From: Gemmatimonadales bacterium
GTDB lineage: Bacteria > Gemmatimonadota > Gemmatimonadetes > Gemmatimonadales > GWC2-71-9
DNA length: 46,623 bases
Assembly: GCA_036276435.1 (NCBI GenBank)
Contig: DASUOW010000152.1
Coordinates: 1 to 46,623 of the forward strand
Direction of reading: 5' to 3'
Each line of letters starts with the position of its first letter. Positions within the stretch are counted from its first letter, which is position 1. The position numbers and the translations under genes are program-made. Below are positions 33,031-41,538 of the stretch, one piece after another. The notes below the pieces were generated by a model, which saw nothing but the letters and a program-made list of their open reading frames with translations, had not been told where the DNA came from and made no database searches.

Positions 33031-34953
33031 ATGAGCCATGGCACCGCGCTGTCCCGGCGCGATCTCGCGCTGCTCTCGTTCGCCGCGCTCGGGGTCGTCT
33101 ACGGCGACATCGGCACGAGCCCGCTGTACGCGTTCGAGGAGTGCTTCTCCGGCCCGCACGGCGTGCCGGTGACGCACGACAACGTCCTCGGCGTGCTGTC
33201 GCTGATCTTCTGGTCGCTCAACTTCGTGGTCTCCTTCAAGTACATCTCGATCGTCCTGCGGGCCGACAACCGGGGCGAGGGCGGCATCCTCGCCCTGCTC
33301 GCGCTGACGCGGCGCTCCGGCACGTCGAAGGGCATCGGGCTGGTCATGGGCGTGGGCCTCTTCGGCGCCGCGCTGCTGTACGGCGACGGCATCATCACGC
33401 CCGCCATCTCGGTGCTGGGTGCGGTGGAAGGCCTCGAGACGCTCACGCCGGCCTTCAAGGAGTGGGTGGTGCCGCTGGCGGTGGTGATCATCACCGGCCT
33501 CTTCTTCGTGCAGCGCCGCGGCACGGCGGGCGTGGGCGCCATCTTCGGGCCGGTGACGACCCTCTGGTTCATCTGCATCGCGATCCTCGGCGTGATGGGC
33601 ATCATGCGCGAGCCCGCGGTGCTCGCCGCCGTGAACCCGATGCACGCCGCCCGCTTCCTGGCCACCGGCGGCTGGGACGCCTTCGAGGTGCTCGCGGCGG
33701 TCGTGCTGGTGGTGACGGGCGGCGAGGCGCTCTACGCCGACATGGGCCATTTCGGGCCGCGGCCGATCCGGATCGCCTGGTACGCCGTGGTGCTGCCCGC
33801 CCTGGTGCTCAACTACTTCGGGCAGGGCGCGCTGCTGCTGCAGGATCCGACGGCGGCGAGCGACCCCTTCTACTCGCTCGTGCCGAGGTGGGCGCTGATC
33901 CCGATGATCGCGATCGCGACGGCGGCGGCGATCGTGGCGTCGCAGGCGCTCATCTCCGGCGCGTACTCGCTGACGCAGCAGGCCATCCAGCTGGGCTTCA
34001 GCCCGCGCATGCGGATCGTGCACACCTCCGAGGCGGCCAAGGGCCAGATCTACATGCCCGAGATCAACGCCGCGCTCTGGCTCGCGTGCATCGGGCTGGT
34101 GGTCACGTTCCGCAGCGCCGGCGCGCTGGCGAGCACGTACGGCGTGGCCGTGACGGGGACGATGTTCGTGACCTCGATCCTCTTCATCATCGTGGCACGC
34201 GAGCGGTGGCAGTGGCCGACGTGGCGCGTGGCCCTCGTGGGCAGCCTCTTCCTGGTGGTGGATGTCGCGTTCCTGCTGGCGAACCTGCTGAAGATCCCCT
34301 CGGGCGGCTGGTTCCCGCTGCTGGTCGCGGGGATCGTCTTCCTGCTGATGTCCACCTGGAAGCTCGGGCGCAAGCGCCTCTCGGCGATCGTGGCGGAGAA
34401 CACGCTGCCGTTCGACCTCTTCCTGCCCGACCTGGGCAAGCGCAACCTGCCGCGCGTGCCCGGCACCGCGGTGTTCATGACGTCGGAGCCGTCGGGCGCG
34501 CCGCCGGTGCTGCTGCACCACCTCAAGCACAACAAGGTGCTGCACGAGCGCGTGCTGATCATGTCGGTGGCGTCGGAGGAGATCCCGACGGTGGGCGACG
34601 ACGAGCGCGTCACCTGCGAGCCGCTGGGGCAGGGGTTCTACCTGGTGAAGGCGCGCTACGGCTTCATGGAGACGCCCGACGTGCCCAAGGTGCTCGCCCT
34701 CCTGCCGTCCGAGCTGGAGGAGCAGGGCCACCACACCAGCGCCTTCAAGGTGCAGGACACGAGCTTCTACCTGGGCCGCGAGACGCTCATCGTCGGCAAG
34801 AAGGCGATGAAGGCCGACGCGCGGTTCGGCCGGATGCTGCGCTGGCGGCGGAGCCTGTTCGCCCTCATGTCGCGGAACGCGCAGAGCGCGACGGCGTTCT
34901 TCCAGCTGCCGCCGAACCGGGTGGTGGAGCTGGGCGCGCAGATACAGTTCTGA
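33031..34953 (+). CDS. kup: KUP/HAK/KT family potassium transporter
   Basis: 640 aa. The N-terminal LGVVYGDIGTSPLYAF, together with GGEALYADMGHFG and NYFGQGALLL, are hallmark Kup motifs. Confidence 0.93.
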   Translation: MSHGTALSRRDLALLSFAALGVVYGDIGTSPLYAFEECFSGPHGVPVTHDNVLGVLSLIFWSLNFVVSFKYISIVLRADNRGEGGILALLALTRRSGTSKGIGLVMGVGLFGAALLYGDGIITPAISVLGAVEGLETLTPAFKEWVVPLAVVIITGLFFVQRRGTAGVGAIFGPVTTLWFICIAILGVMGIMREPAVLAAVNPMHAARFLATGGWDAFEVLAAVVLVVTGGEALYADMGHFGPRPIRIAWYAVVLPALVLNYFGQGALLLQDPTAASDPFYSLVPRWALIPMIAIATAAAIVASQALISGAYSLTQQAIQLGFSPRMRIVHTSEAAKGQIYMPEINAALWLACIGLVVTFRSAGALASTYGVAVTGTMFVTSILFIIVARERWQWPTWRVALVGSLFLVVDVAFLLANLLKIPSGGWFPLLVAGIVFLLMSTWKLGRKRLSAIVAENTLPFDLFLPDLGKRNLPRVPGTAVFMTSEPSGAPPVLLHHLKHNKVLHERVLIMSVASEEIPTVGDDERVTCEPLGQGFYLVKARYGFMETPDVPKVLALLPSELEEQGHHTSAFKVQDTSFYLGRETLIVGKKAMKADARFGRMLRWRRSLFALMSRNAQSATAFFQLPPNRVVELGAQIQF

Positions 34954-34972
34954 CCGGGGGCTGCGCCCCCGG
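34954..34972 (+). terminator. GC hairpin immediately after the kup stop
   Basis: CCGGGGGC-tgc-GCCCCCGG is an 8-bp stem starting 1 nt after the TGA. There is no T-tract. Confidence 0.45.
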
Positions 34973-35008
34973 TCATTGCGAGGCCGCGCAGCGGCCGCGG
35001 CAATCCCG
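34973..35008. repeat. Single REP-like hairpin unit of the 10977 family
   Basis: TCATTGCGAGGCCGCGCAGCGGCCGCGGCAATCCCG folds as ATTGC-gag-GGCCGC-gca-GCGGCC-gcg-GCAAT. It closely matches the right arm of the 10977..11106 element (reverse complement CTCATTGCGAGGCCGCACAGCGGCCGAAGCAATCCGGG). Confidence 0.7.
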
Positions 35009-35025
35009 CTGCACTGCGCGGAGCC

Positions 35026-36150
35026 CTATCCGGTCGCGAGCCCCAGCTCCCCCGGTGCGGCCGACAGCTGCCCCCGTTCGGCCTCCTCCTCCACCACGCA
35101 CTGGATGAAGTGCAGCTTGGTGACCACGGCCCGGTTCATCACGAACGGGTAGATGTCCGGCTGCCCCATGCTGCGCGCCGTCTCGTTCAGCACGGCCGTG
35201 AGCACCACCCACGCATTCATCCAGTCGAGGAACATCCCCGCGCTCGCCGCGGGCTCCCGCCGGTAGAGCACGTCCGCGGTGAAGGGCGTGATCTGCAGCC
35301 GGACCTTCGTGGTGTCGATGCCGTAGCTCGCGACGGTCTGCAGCGTCGAGCGCAGGTGCATGTAGTGCGCCCAGCTCTCGGCCCAGTCCTCCCACGGGTG
35401 CATGGTGGCGTAGCTGCTGATGTAGCGATTGCGCCAGTCGGACGGCGGCCCCTCGCGGTAGTTCCGCTGCAGCGCCTCGCCGTAGTCCGCCCGCTCGTCG
35501 CCGAACAGCTCGCGGAAGCGCGGCAGCCACGCCGTGTCGCGGACCAGCACGTTCCAGTAGTAGTGCCCGATCTCGTGGCGCAGGTGCCCGAGCACCGTGC
35601 GGTAGGGCTCGCTGAGCGCGTCGCGGTGCTGCTCGCGGTAGTCGTCGTCGGCTTCGGCGACGTTGATGGTGATGAGCCCGCCGGCGTGGCCGGTGAGCAC
35701 CGGCGGCTCGTCCGGCAGCGACTCGAGGAAGTCGAAGACGAGGCCGGCGGGGTTGTCGGCGCTGCGCGGTCCGATGGGCAGGCCCCAGCTCTGCAGCGCG
35801 AAGAGGAGCCGCCGCTTGGCCGACTCGATGTCCGCCAGCCGCTTGGCGTTCCGCGGCCGCGTGAGGTCGGGAATGGTGCGCGTGAGCCGGCACGAGACGC
35901 AGGCGGTGTGCGGCTCGCCGTCCGGGATGAGCCAGTTGCAGAGCGCCGCCTTCGTCCGGTGCTCGCAGAACCAGAAGCGCGGCGCCGGCCGTCGCGCGTC
36001 GCCCGTCAGCGACCAGGTGCCGTCGCCGTGGGAGGTCAGGGCGCCGAGCGCGTGACTGGTCGGGTCGTAGGCCACCTCCGACCGGCAGGCCAGGCAGTGG
36101 GTGTTGTCGAAGAAGAGCGGCTGGCCGCACGCGCACTGGAACGTCTTCAT
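35026..36150 (-). CDS. Putative zinc-ribbon plus zinc-metallopeptidase domain protein (HExxH)
   Basis: 374 aa. It has an N-terminal Cys-rich zinc ribbon (CACGQ...CLAC, ...CVSC) and an HEIGH zinc motif (LGHLRHEIGHYYW). Its start lies 1 nt after the pflA stop. Confidence 0.7.
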   Translation of the reverse strand: MKTFQCACGQPLFFDNTHCLACRSEVAYDPTSHALGALTSHGDGTWSLTGDARRPAPRFWFCEHRTKAALCNWLIPDGEPHTACVSCRLTRTIPDLTRPRNAKRLADIESAKRRLLFALQSWGLPIGPRSADNPAGLVFDFLESLPDEPPVLTGHAGGLITINVAEADDDYREQHRDALSEPYRTVLGHLRHEIGHYYWNVLVRDTAWLPRFRELFGDERADYGEALQRNYREGPPSDWRNRYISSYATMHPWEDWAESWAHYMHLRSTLQTVASYGIDTTKVRLQITPFTADVLYRREPAASAGMFLDWMNAWVVLTAVLNETARSMGQPDIYPFVMNRAVVTKLHFIQCVVEEEAERGQLSAAPGELGLATG

Positions 36151-36151
36151 G

Positions 36152-36988
36152 TCAGAAGGCCTTCAGCCCTTCCTTCCGGAACACCTCGCACGCCTGCTCG
36201 CACAGCTCGGTCGTCGGCGGCTCGGTGGACGGCAGCGTGTAGTCCAGCCCGAGCCGCTCCCACTTGAAGCGGCCCATCTGGTGGAACGGCAGCACCTCGA
36301 CGCGTTCGACGTTGCCGAGTTTCGCGGCGAAACCCGCGATCCGGGCGATGTCGTCCATGTCGTCGGTGAGGCCCGGCACGAGGACGAAGCGTACCCAGAT
36401 GGGGCGCCGCCGGGCAGCGAGACGCTCGGCGAACGCCAGCGTGTGCGCCGGATCCATGCCCGTCAGGCGGCGGTGTCGGTCGGGGTCCCACGTCTTCAGG
36501 CCGAGCATCACGAGGTCGATGGTATCGAGCTCGGCGTCGGTGAGGTGCTCGCCGTTGTAGCCGTTGGTCTCGATGGTGGTATGGATGCCCATCGCGTGCA
36601 CCGCGCCGAGCAGCTTCGCGGCGAAGCGGTGCTGCATGAGCGGGTCCCCGCCGCTCAGGGTGAAGCCGCCCTTCATGGCCTTCAGGCCGTGGCCGTACTT
36701 CCGCACCTCGTCGGCGGCGCGGGTGACCGTCACCGGCAGCCCGTTGGAGAGGGTCCAGGTGTCCGGGTTGTGGCAGTACCGGCACCGCCACATGCACCCG
36801 GTGGTCCAGGCCACCAGCCGGACGCCGGGACCATCGACGGCGGAGCCGGTGGTGAAGGAGTGCAGGAAGCCCATGTCGCCGGTGCGGAGCGCCGTGCGCA
36901 CGTCGGTCTCCGGCACGCCGGTGCCGAGGTCGACCCGGAGCTCGAAGGGGCTCTTCGCCTCCAGCGGGGTCATCAGCTCCTCAGGCAT
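36152..36988 (-). CDS. pflA: Pyruvate formate-lyase activating enzyme (radical SAM)
   Basis: 278 aa. It has [26 protein letters not shown] (the Cx3Cx2C glycyl-radical activase motif). Its start overlaps the pflB stop by 8 nt. Confidence 0.9.
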   Translation of the reverse strand: MPEELMTPLEAKSPFELRVDLGTGVPETDVRTALRTGDMGFLHSFTTGSAVDGPGVRLVAWTTGCMWRCRYCHNPDTWTLSNGLPVTVTRAADEVRKYGHGLKAMKGGFTLSGGDPLMQHRFAAKLLGAVHAMGIHTTIETNGYNGEHLTDAELDTIDLVMLGLKTWDPDRHRRLTGMDPAHTLAFAERLAARRRPIWVRFVLVPGLTDDMDDIARIAGFAAKLGNVERVEVLPFHQMGRFKWERLGLDYTLPSTEPPTTELCEQACEVFRKEGLKAF

Positions 36989-39257
36989 CGCGCACCTCCC
37001 CGTGGAAGGTACGATTGATGACGTCCATCTGCTGCTCGCGCGTCAGCCGCACGAAGTTCACGGCGTAGCCCGACACCCGGATCGTCAGCGTCGGATACTT
37101 CTCCGGGTGGTCCATCGCGTCGAGCAGCATCTCGCGGTTCAGCACGTTGATGTTCATGTGGAACCCGGTCACGCCGAAGAACGCATCCAGCATCGCCGTC
37201 AGGTTGGTGACGCGATCGCCCTCGACCCGGCCGAGGCCGGAGGGGACGAGCGTGGTGGTGAGCGAGATGCCGTCCGCCGCGTCGCGGAAGGGGATCTTGG
37301 CCACCGACGCCGCCGAGGCGTGGATGCCGTGGCTGTCCCGCCCGTGCATGGGGTTGGCGCCGGGGGCGAACGGCTCGCCCTTGCGGCGGCCGTCGGGGGT
37401 GTTCCCGGTGGCCTTCCCGTACACCACGTTCGAGGTGATGGTGAGGATGGACTGGGTGTGGATGGCATTCCGGTACGTCGGGTACTTCCGCAGCTTCTCC
37501 ATGAAGGTGCTCACGACCCAGGCCGCGATGTGGTCCACGCGGTTGTCGTGGTTCCCGAACATCGGGAAGGTGCCCTCGGTGACGAAGTCGGTGATGAGCC
37601 CCGTCTCGTCGCGCACCGGGCGGACCTTCGCGTACTTGATCGCCGAGAGGCTGTCGGCCACCACCGACAGGCCCGCCATGCCGAACGCCATCGTGCGGAC
37701 CGGCCCGTGGTCGTGCAGGGCCATCTCGATGCGCTCGTAGGCGTACTTGTCGTGCATGTAGTGGATGACGTTCATGGCGCTCACGTACACCTCGGCCAGC
37801 CAGTCCATCATGCGCTCGAGGCGCTCGGCGACCTCGTCGAGCGACAGCACGTCGCCCTGGAGCGGCGCGAGCGCCGGGCCCACCTGCTCGCCCGAGACCT
37901 CGTCACGGCCGCCGTTGATGGCGTAGAGCAGGCACTTGGCCATGTTGGCCCTGGCGCCGAAGAACTGCATCTGCTTCCCGACCGTCATGGGCGAGACGCA
38001 GCACGCGATGGCGCCGTCGTCGCCGAGGGCGCGGCGCATCATCTCGTCGCTCTCGAACTGGAGCGAGCTGGTGTCGATCGCCACCTTGGCCGCGAACCGG
38101 CGGAACCCGTCCGGCAGGCGGGGCGAGTACCAGATGGTGAGGTTCGGTTCCGGCGCCGGCCCCAGGTTGTACAGGGTGTGCAGCACGCGGAAGCTCGTCT
38201 TCGTGACGAGCGGCCGGCCGTCGTCGCCCATCCCGCCGATCGATTCGGTCACCCAGGTCGGGTCGCCGGCGAAGAGCTCGTCGTACTCCGGGGTGCGCAG
38301 GAAGCGCACGATGCGGAGCTTGATGACGAAGTCGTCGATGATCTCCTGGGCCTGTGCCTCGGTGAGCGTGCCGTTCGCGAGGTCGCGCTCGAAGTAGACG
38401 TCGAGGAACGTCGAGACGCGTCCCAGCGACATCGCGGCGCCGTTCTGCTCCTTCACCGCCGCCAGGTAGCCGAAGTAGAGCCACTGCACCGCCTCGGTGG
38501 CGTTGCGCGCCGGCTGGGTGATGTCGAAGCCGTACGCCTTCCCCATCTGCGCCAGCTCCTTCAGCGCGCGGATCTGCTCGGAGAGCTCCTCGCGGTCGCG
38601 GATGATCGCTTCCGACGACGGCAGCGGATCGAGCGCGGCCTTCTCCGCCTGCTTCTGCTCGATGAGGCGCGCCACGCCGTAGAGCGCCACGCGCCGGTAG
38701 TCGCCGATGATCCGGCCGCGGCCGTAGGCGTCCGGCAGGCCGGTCAGGATGTGCGAGCTGCGGCACTTCCGGATGTCGGCGGTATAGGCGTCGAAGACGC
38801 CGTCGTTGTGGGTCTTCCGGTACTTGGTGAAGGTGTCCACGAGCACCGGGTCCGGCTCGTAGCCGTACGCCTTGAGGGCGCTGAGCACCATGCGGATGCC
38901 GCCGTTGGGCATCACGGCGCGCTTGAGCGGGGCGTCGGTCTGGAGGCCGACGATGATCTCGGCGTCCTTGTCGATGTAGCCGGGCGCGTGGGCCGTGATC
39001 GAGCTGGGCACCTGCGAGATGTCCAGCACGCCCTTCTTCCGCTCCTCCTTGAAGAGCTCGGTGAGCGCGGCCCAGATGCGCCGGGTCCGCTCCGTGGCCG
39101 GCTGCAGGAACTGGTGGTCGCCGTCGTAGGGCGTGTAGTTCGTCTGGATGAAGGCGCGAACGTCGATCTGCCTCTGCCAGAGCAGCCCGGTGAATCCCTC
39201 CCATGCGGAAGGCGCTGCCGCGGGTGCGGCCGGCGCCGGTGCCGTCATCGTCATCAT
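36981..39257 (-). CDS. pflB: Pyruvate formate-lyase (formate C-acetyltransferase), a glycyl radical enzyme
   Basis: 758 aa with an AGGAG Shine-Dalgarno. It has the catalytic Cys pair ([10 protein letters not shown]) and the glycyl radical motif [12 protein letters not shown] near the C-terminus. Confidence 0.95.
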   Translation of the reverse strand: MMTMTAPAPAAPAAAPSAWEGFTGLLWQRQIDVRAFIQTNYTPYDGDHQFLQPATERTRRIWAALTELFKEERKKGVLDISQVPSSITAHAPGYIDKDAEIIVGLQTDAPLKRAVMPNGGIRMVLSALKAYGYEPDPVLVDTFTKYRKTHNDGVFDAYTADIRKCRSSHILTGLPDAYGRGRIIGDYRRVALYGVARLIEQKQAEKAALDPLPSSEAIIRDREELSEQIRALKELAQMGKAYGFDITQPARNATEAVQWLYFGYLAAVKEQNGAAMSLGRVSTFLDVYFERDLANGTLTEAQAQEIIDDFVIKLRIVRFLRTPEYDELFAGDPTWVTESIGGMGDDGRPLVTKTSFRVLHTLYNLGPAPEPNLTIWYSPRLPDGFRRFAAKVAIDTSSLQFESDEMMRRALGDDGAIACCVSPMTVGKQMQFFGARANMAKCLLYAINGGRDEVSGEQVGPALAPLQGDVLSLDEVAERLERMMDWLAEVYVSAMNVIHYMHDKYAYERIEMALHDHGPVRTMAFGMAGLSVVADSLSAIKYAKVRPVRDETGLITDFVTEGTFPMFGNHDNRVDHIAAWVVSTFMEKLRKYPTYRNAIHTQSILTITSNVVYGKATGNTPDGRRKGEPFAPGANPMHGRDSHGIHASAASVAKIPFRDAADGISLTTTLVPSGLGRVEGDRVTNLTAMLDAFFGVTGFHMNINVLNREMLLDAMDHPEKYPTLTIRVSGYAVNFVRLTREQQMDVINRTFHGEVRDA

Positions 39258-39278
39258 GTGCTCCTGGATTCTGCGCCC

Positions 39279-40475
39279 TCAGGCGCGGGGGCCGGCGATG
39301 CCGAGCATCGCGCCGGTGTGCCGTGCGATCATCAGTTCCTCGTTGGTCGGGATCACCCAGGCCGAGACCCGGCTGCCCGCCGTGGAGATCCGGGGACCGT
39401 GCCGCTCGTTCGCCGCGGGGTCCAGCGCCACGCCGAGCCAGGCGGACGCCTCGCCGATGCGGCGGCGGATCTCCACCGAGCGCTCGCCGATGCCGGCGGT
39501 GAAGACGATCCCGTCCACGCCGCCCAGCACCGCGGCAAGCGCCCCGACCTGCTTCGCCGCCTGATAGACGAAGTAGTCCACGGCCAGCCGCGCGGCGGGT
39601 TCCGTGCTCGCGAGCAGGTCGCGCATGTCGTTGCTCGTACCGGAGATGCCCAGGAGCCCCGACTGCTTGTAGAGCATCGTCTCCACGTCCTTCGCGGACA
39701 GGCCCAGGCCCTGGAAGAGGTGGAGGATCACGCCGGGGTCCACGGTGCCGGGCCGCGTGCCCATGCAGAGGCCGTCGAGCGCGGTGAAGCCGAGCGTGCT
39801 GTCGACGCTCTTGCGCTGCCTGAGCGCGCACATGCTGGCGCCGCTGCCGAGGTGGGCCACGATCACGCGGCCCTCGGCGATCTCCGGCGCGACCTCGGGC
39901 AGCACCGAGGCGATGTACTCGTAGGACAGGCCGTGAAAGCCGTAGCGCTGCACGCCCGCGTCGCGGACGGCCTTCGGCAGCGGCACCAGTTCGGCCACGG
40001 CGGGCTGGTCGCGGTGGAAGCTGGTGTCGAAGCAGGCGACCTGCGGCACGCCCGGCAGCCGGTCGGCCACGGCCTCGATCGCCGCGATGTTGTGGGGCTG
40101 GTGCAGGGGGGCGAGCGGGACCAGTTGCCTGAGCGCGTCGATCACGGCCGGCGTGACCACGACGGGACCGGCGTACGCCGCGCCGCCGTGCACCACGCGG
40201 TGGCCCACGCCGAGGATGCGGGCGCCGCCGTAGCAGGAGCGGAGCCAGCCGGCGAGCGCCTCGAGGGCTGCGCGGCCGTCGCGCACCGAGGGAGCGAGCG
40301 TCTCGTCGACGAGGAGGGTGCCGTCGCCGTCCTTCGCGCCGAGGCGCGGGGCGGTGCCGATGCCCTCGATCTGGCCGCGTGCCGCGAGCTGCCAGCCGGC
40401 GTCGGCGGGGCGGCGATAGACGCAGAACTTGAGGCTCGACGAGCCGGCGTTGAGTACGAGTGCGTAGTCGTCCAT
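39279..40475 (-). CDS. ackA: Acetate kinase
   Basis: 398 aa. VLNAGSSSLKF, GHRVVHGG, FDTSFH, YGFHGLSY and TAGIGE are acetate/propionate kinase signatures. Confidence 0.93.
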   Translation of the reverse strand: MDDYALVLNAGSSSLKFCVYRRPADAGWQLAARGQIEGIGTAPRLGAKDGDGTLLVDETLAPSVRDGRAALEALAGWLRSCYGGARILGVGHRVVHGGAAYAGPVVVTPAVIDALRQLVPLAPLHQPHNIAAIEAVADRLPGVPQVACFDTSFHRDQPAVAELVPLPKAVRDAGVQRYGFHGLSYEYIASVLPEVAPEIAEGRVIVAHLGSGASMCALRQRKSVDSTLGFTALDGLCMGTRPGTVDPGVILHLFQGLGLSAKDVETMLYKQSGLLGISGTSNDMRDLLASTEPAARLAVDYFVYQAAKQVGALAAVLGGVDGIVFTAGIGERSVEIRRRIGEASAWLGVALDPAANERHGPRISTAGSRVSAWVIPTNEELMIARHTGAMLGIAGPRA

Positions 40476-40497
40476 GTCGCGTCCCTCCGGGCCGCGA

Positions 40498-41448
40498 TCA
40501 GGTCGCGGAAACCTGTCCCTGCCGCCGGGCGTGTGCCGCGAGCACGGCGACCGCGCAGCTGGCGACCTTGGACCGCACGCTGTCGGCGCGGCTGGTCAGG
40601 ATGATGGGCACCCGTGCACCCAGCACGAGGCCGGCGCTGTCGGCGTTGGCCAGGAAGCTCAGCTGCTTCGCGACCATGTTCCCGGCCTCGAGGTCGGGCG
40701 CGAGCAGGATGTCGGGGTCGCCGGCCACGGCCGAGGTGATCTTCTTCACCTTCGCCGCCTCGGCGCTGATCGCGTTGTCGAACGCGAGCGGGCCGTCGAG
40801 CAGGCCGCCGGTGATCTGGCCCCGCTCCGCCATCTTGCAGAGCGCGGCGGCATCGATGGTGGCGGGCATCTTCGACGTCACCGTCTCGACCGCGGCGAGG
40901 ATGGCCACCTTGGGACGCTCCACGCCGAAGGTGCGCGCGAGGTCGATGGCGTTCTGGCAGATGTCGGCCTTCTCGTCGAGCGTCGGCGCGATGTTGATGG
41001 CGCCGTCGGTGACGATCAGCACCTTGTGGTAGGTGGGCACGTCCATCAGGAACACGTGGCTCAGGCGGCGGCCGGTGCGGAGGCCCGTCTCGCGCGCCAC
41101 CACCGCGCCGAGCAGCTCATCGGTGTGGAGGCTGCCCTTCATCAGCAGCTCGGCCCGGCCCTCGCGGACCAGGGCCACCGCCTTCGCGGCGGCGGCGCGG
41201 CTGTCCGCCACGTCCACGATCTCCGCGTCGGCGAGGTCGATGCCGCCCGCGGTCGCGAGCTCCTGGATCTTCGCGGCCGGCCCGACCAGGATCGGCGCGA
41301 TCAGGCCCTCGCGCGCGGCGTCCATGGCCGCGGCCAGCGCCGACGCCTCGCAGGGATACGCCACCGCGGTCGGAATCGGGTCGAGGTCGCGGCAGCGCTC
41401 CAGCACCCGTTCGTACTTGCCCGTTCCGGGCTTGATCGTCGCAGTCAT
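40498..41448 (-). CDS. pta: Phosphate acetyl/butyryl-transferase (short PTA_PTB type)
   Basis: 316 aa. It has LLMKGSLHTDELL, ...VTDGAINIAP...LDGPLAFDNA...PDLEAGN motifs. It lies between sdaA and ackA. Confidence 0.85.
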   Translation of the reverse strand: MTATIKPGTGKYERVLERCRDLDPIPTAVAYPCEASALAAAMDAAREGLIAPILVGPAAKIQELATAGGIDLADAEIVDVADSRAAAAKAVALVREGRAELLMKGSLHTDELLGAVVARETGLRTGRRLSHVFLMDVPTYHKVLIVTDGAINIAPTLDEKADICQNAIDLARTFGVERPKVAILAAVETVTSKMPATIDAAALCKMAERGQITGGLLDGPLAFDNAISAEAAKVKKITSAVAGDPDILLAPDLEAGNMVAKQLSFLANADSAGLVLGARVPIILTSRADSVRSKVASCAVAVLAAHARRQGQVSAT

Positions 41449-41472
41449 CGTGGAATTTCCTCAAGGGACGAC

Positions 41473-41499
41473 GGGGCCGGCCGCAGGGCGGCCGACCCC
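41473..41499 (-). other. GC-rich stem-loop in the sdaA-pta spacer
   Basis: GGGGCCGGCCG-caggg-CGGCCGACCCC is an 11-bp stem with 1 mismatch, flanked by CGAC/GTCG. It has no T-tract and lies inside a co-directional operon. Confidence 0.4.
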
Positions 41500-41538
41500 G
41501 TGTCGTTCATCTCGTCTCCGGCACGGAACCTCGTCCGC

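Noticed and set aside
36564-40604. Very long plus-strand ORF (1346 aa). Similar giants occur at 24725..27475 (-, 916 aa), 20503..22989 (+, 828 aa), 27136..29682 (+, 848 aa) and 44264..46441 (-, 725 aa).
   Set aside because: They lie antisense to, or out of frame with, genes that have unambiguous family motifs (pflB/ackA, M16, the NtrC-like regulator, ggt, M20/acs). Their translations are low-complexity and R/A/G/P/H-rich, which is typical of stop-codon-poor shadow frames in high-GC DNA.
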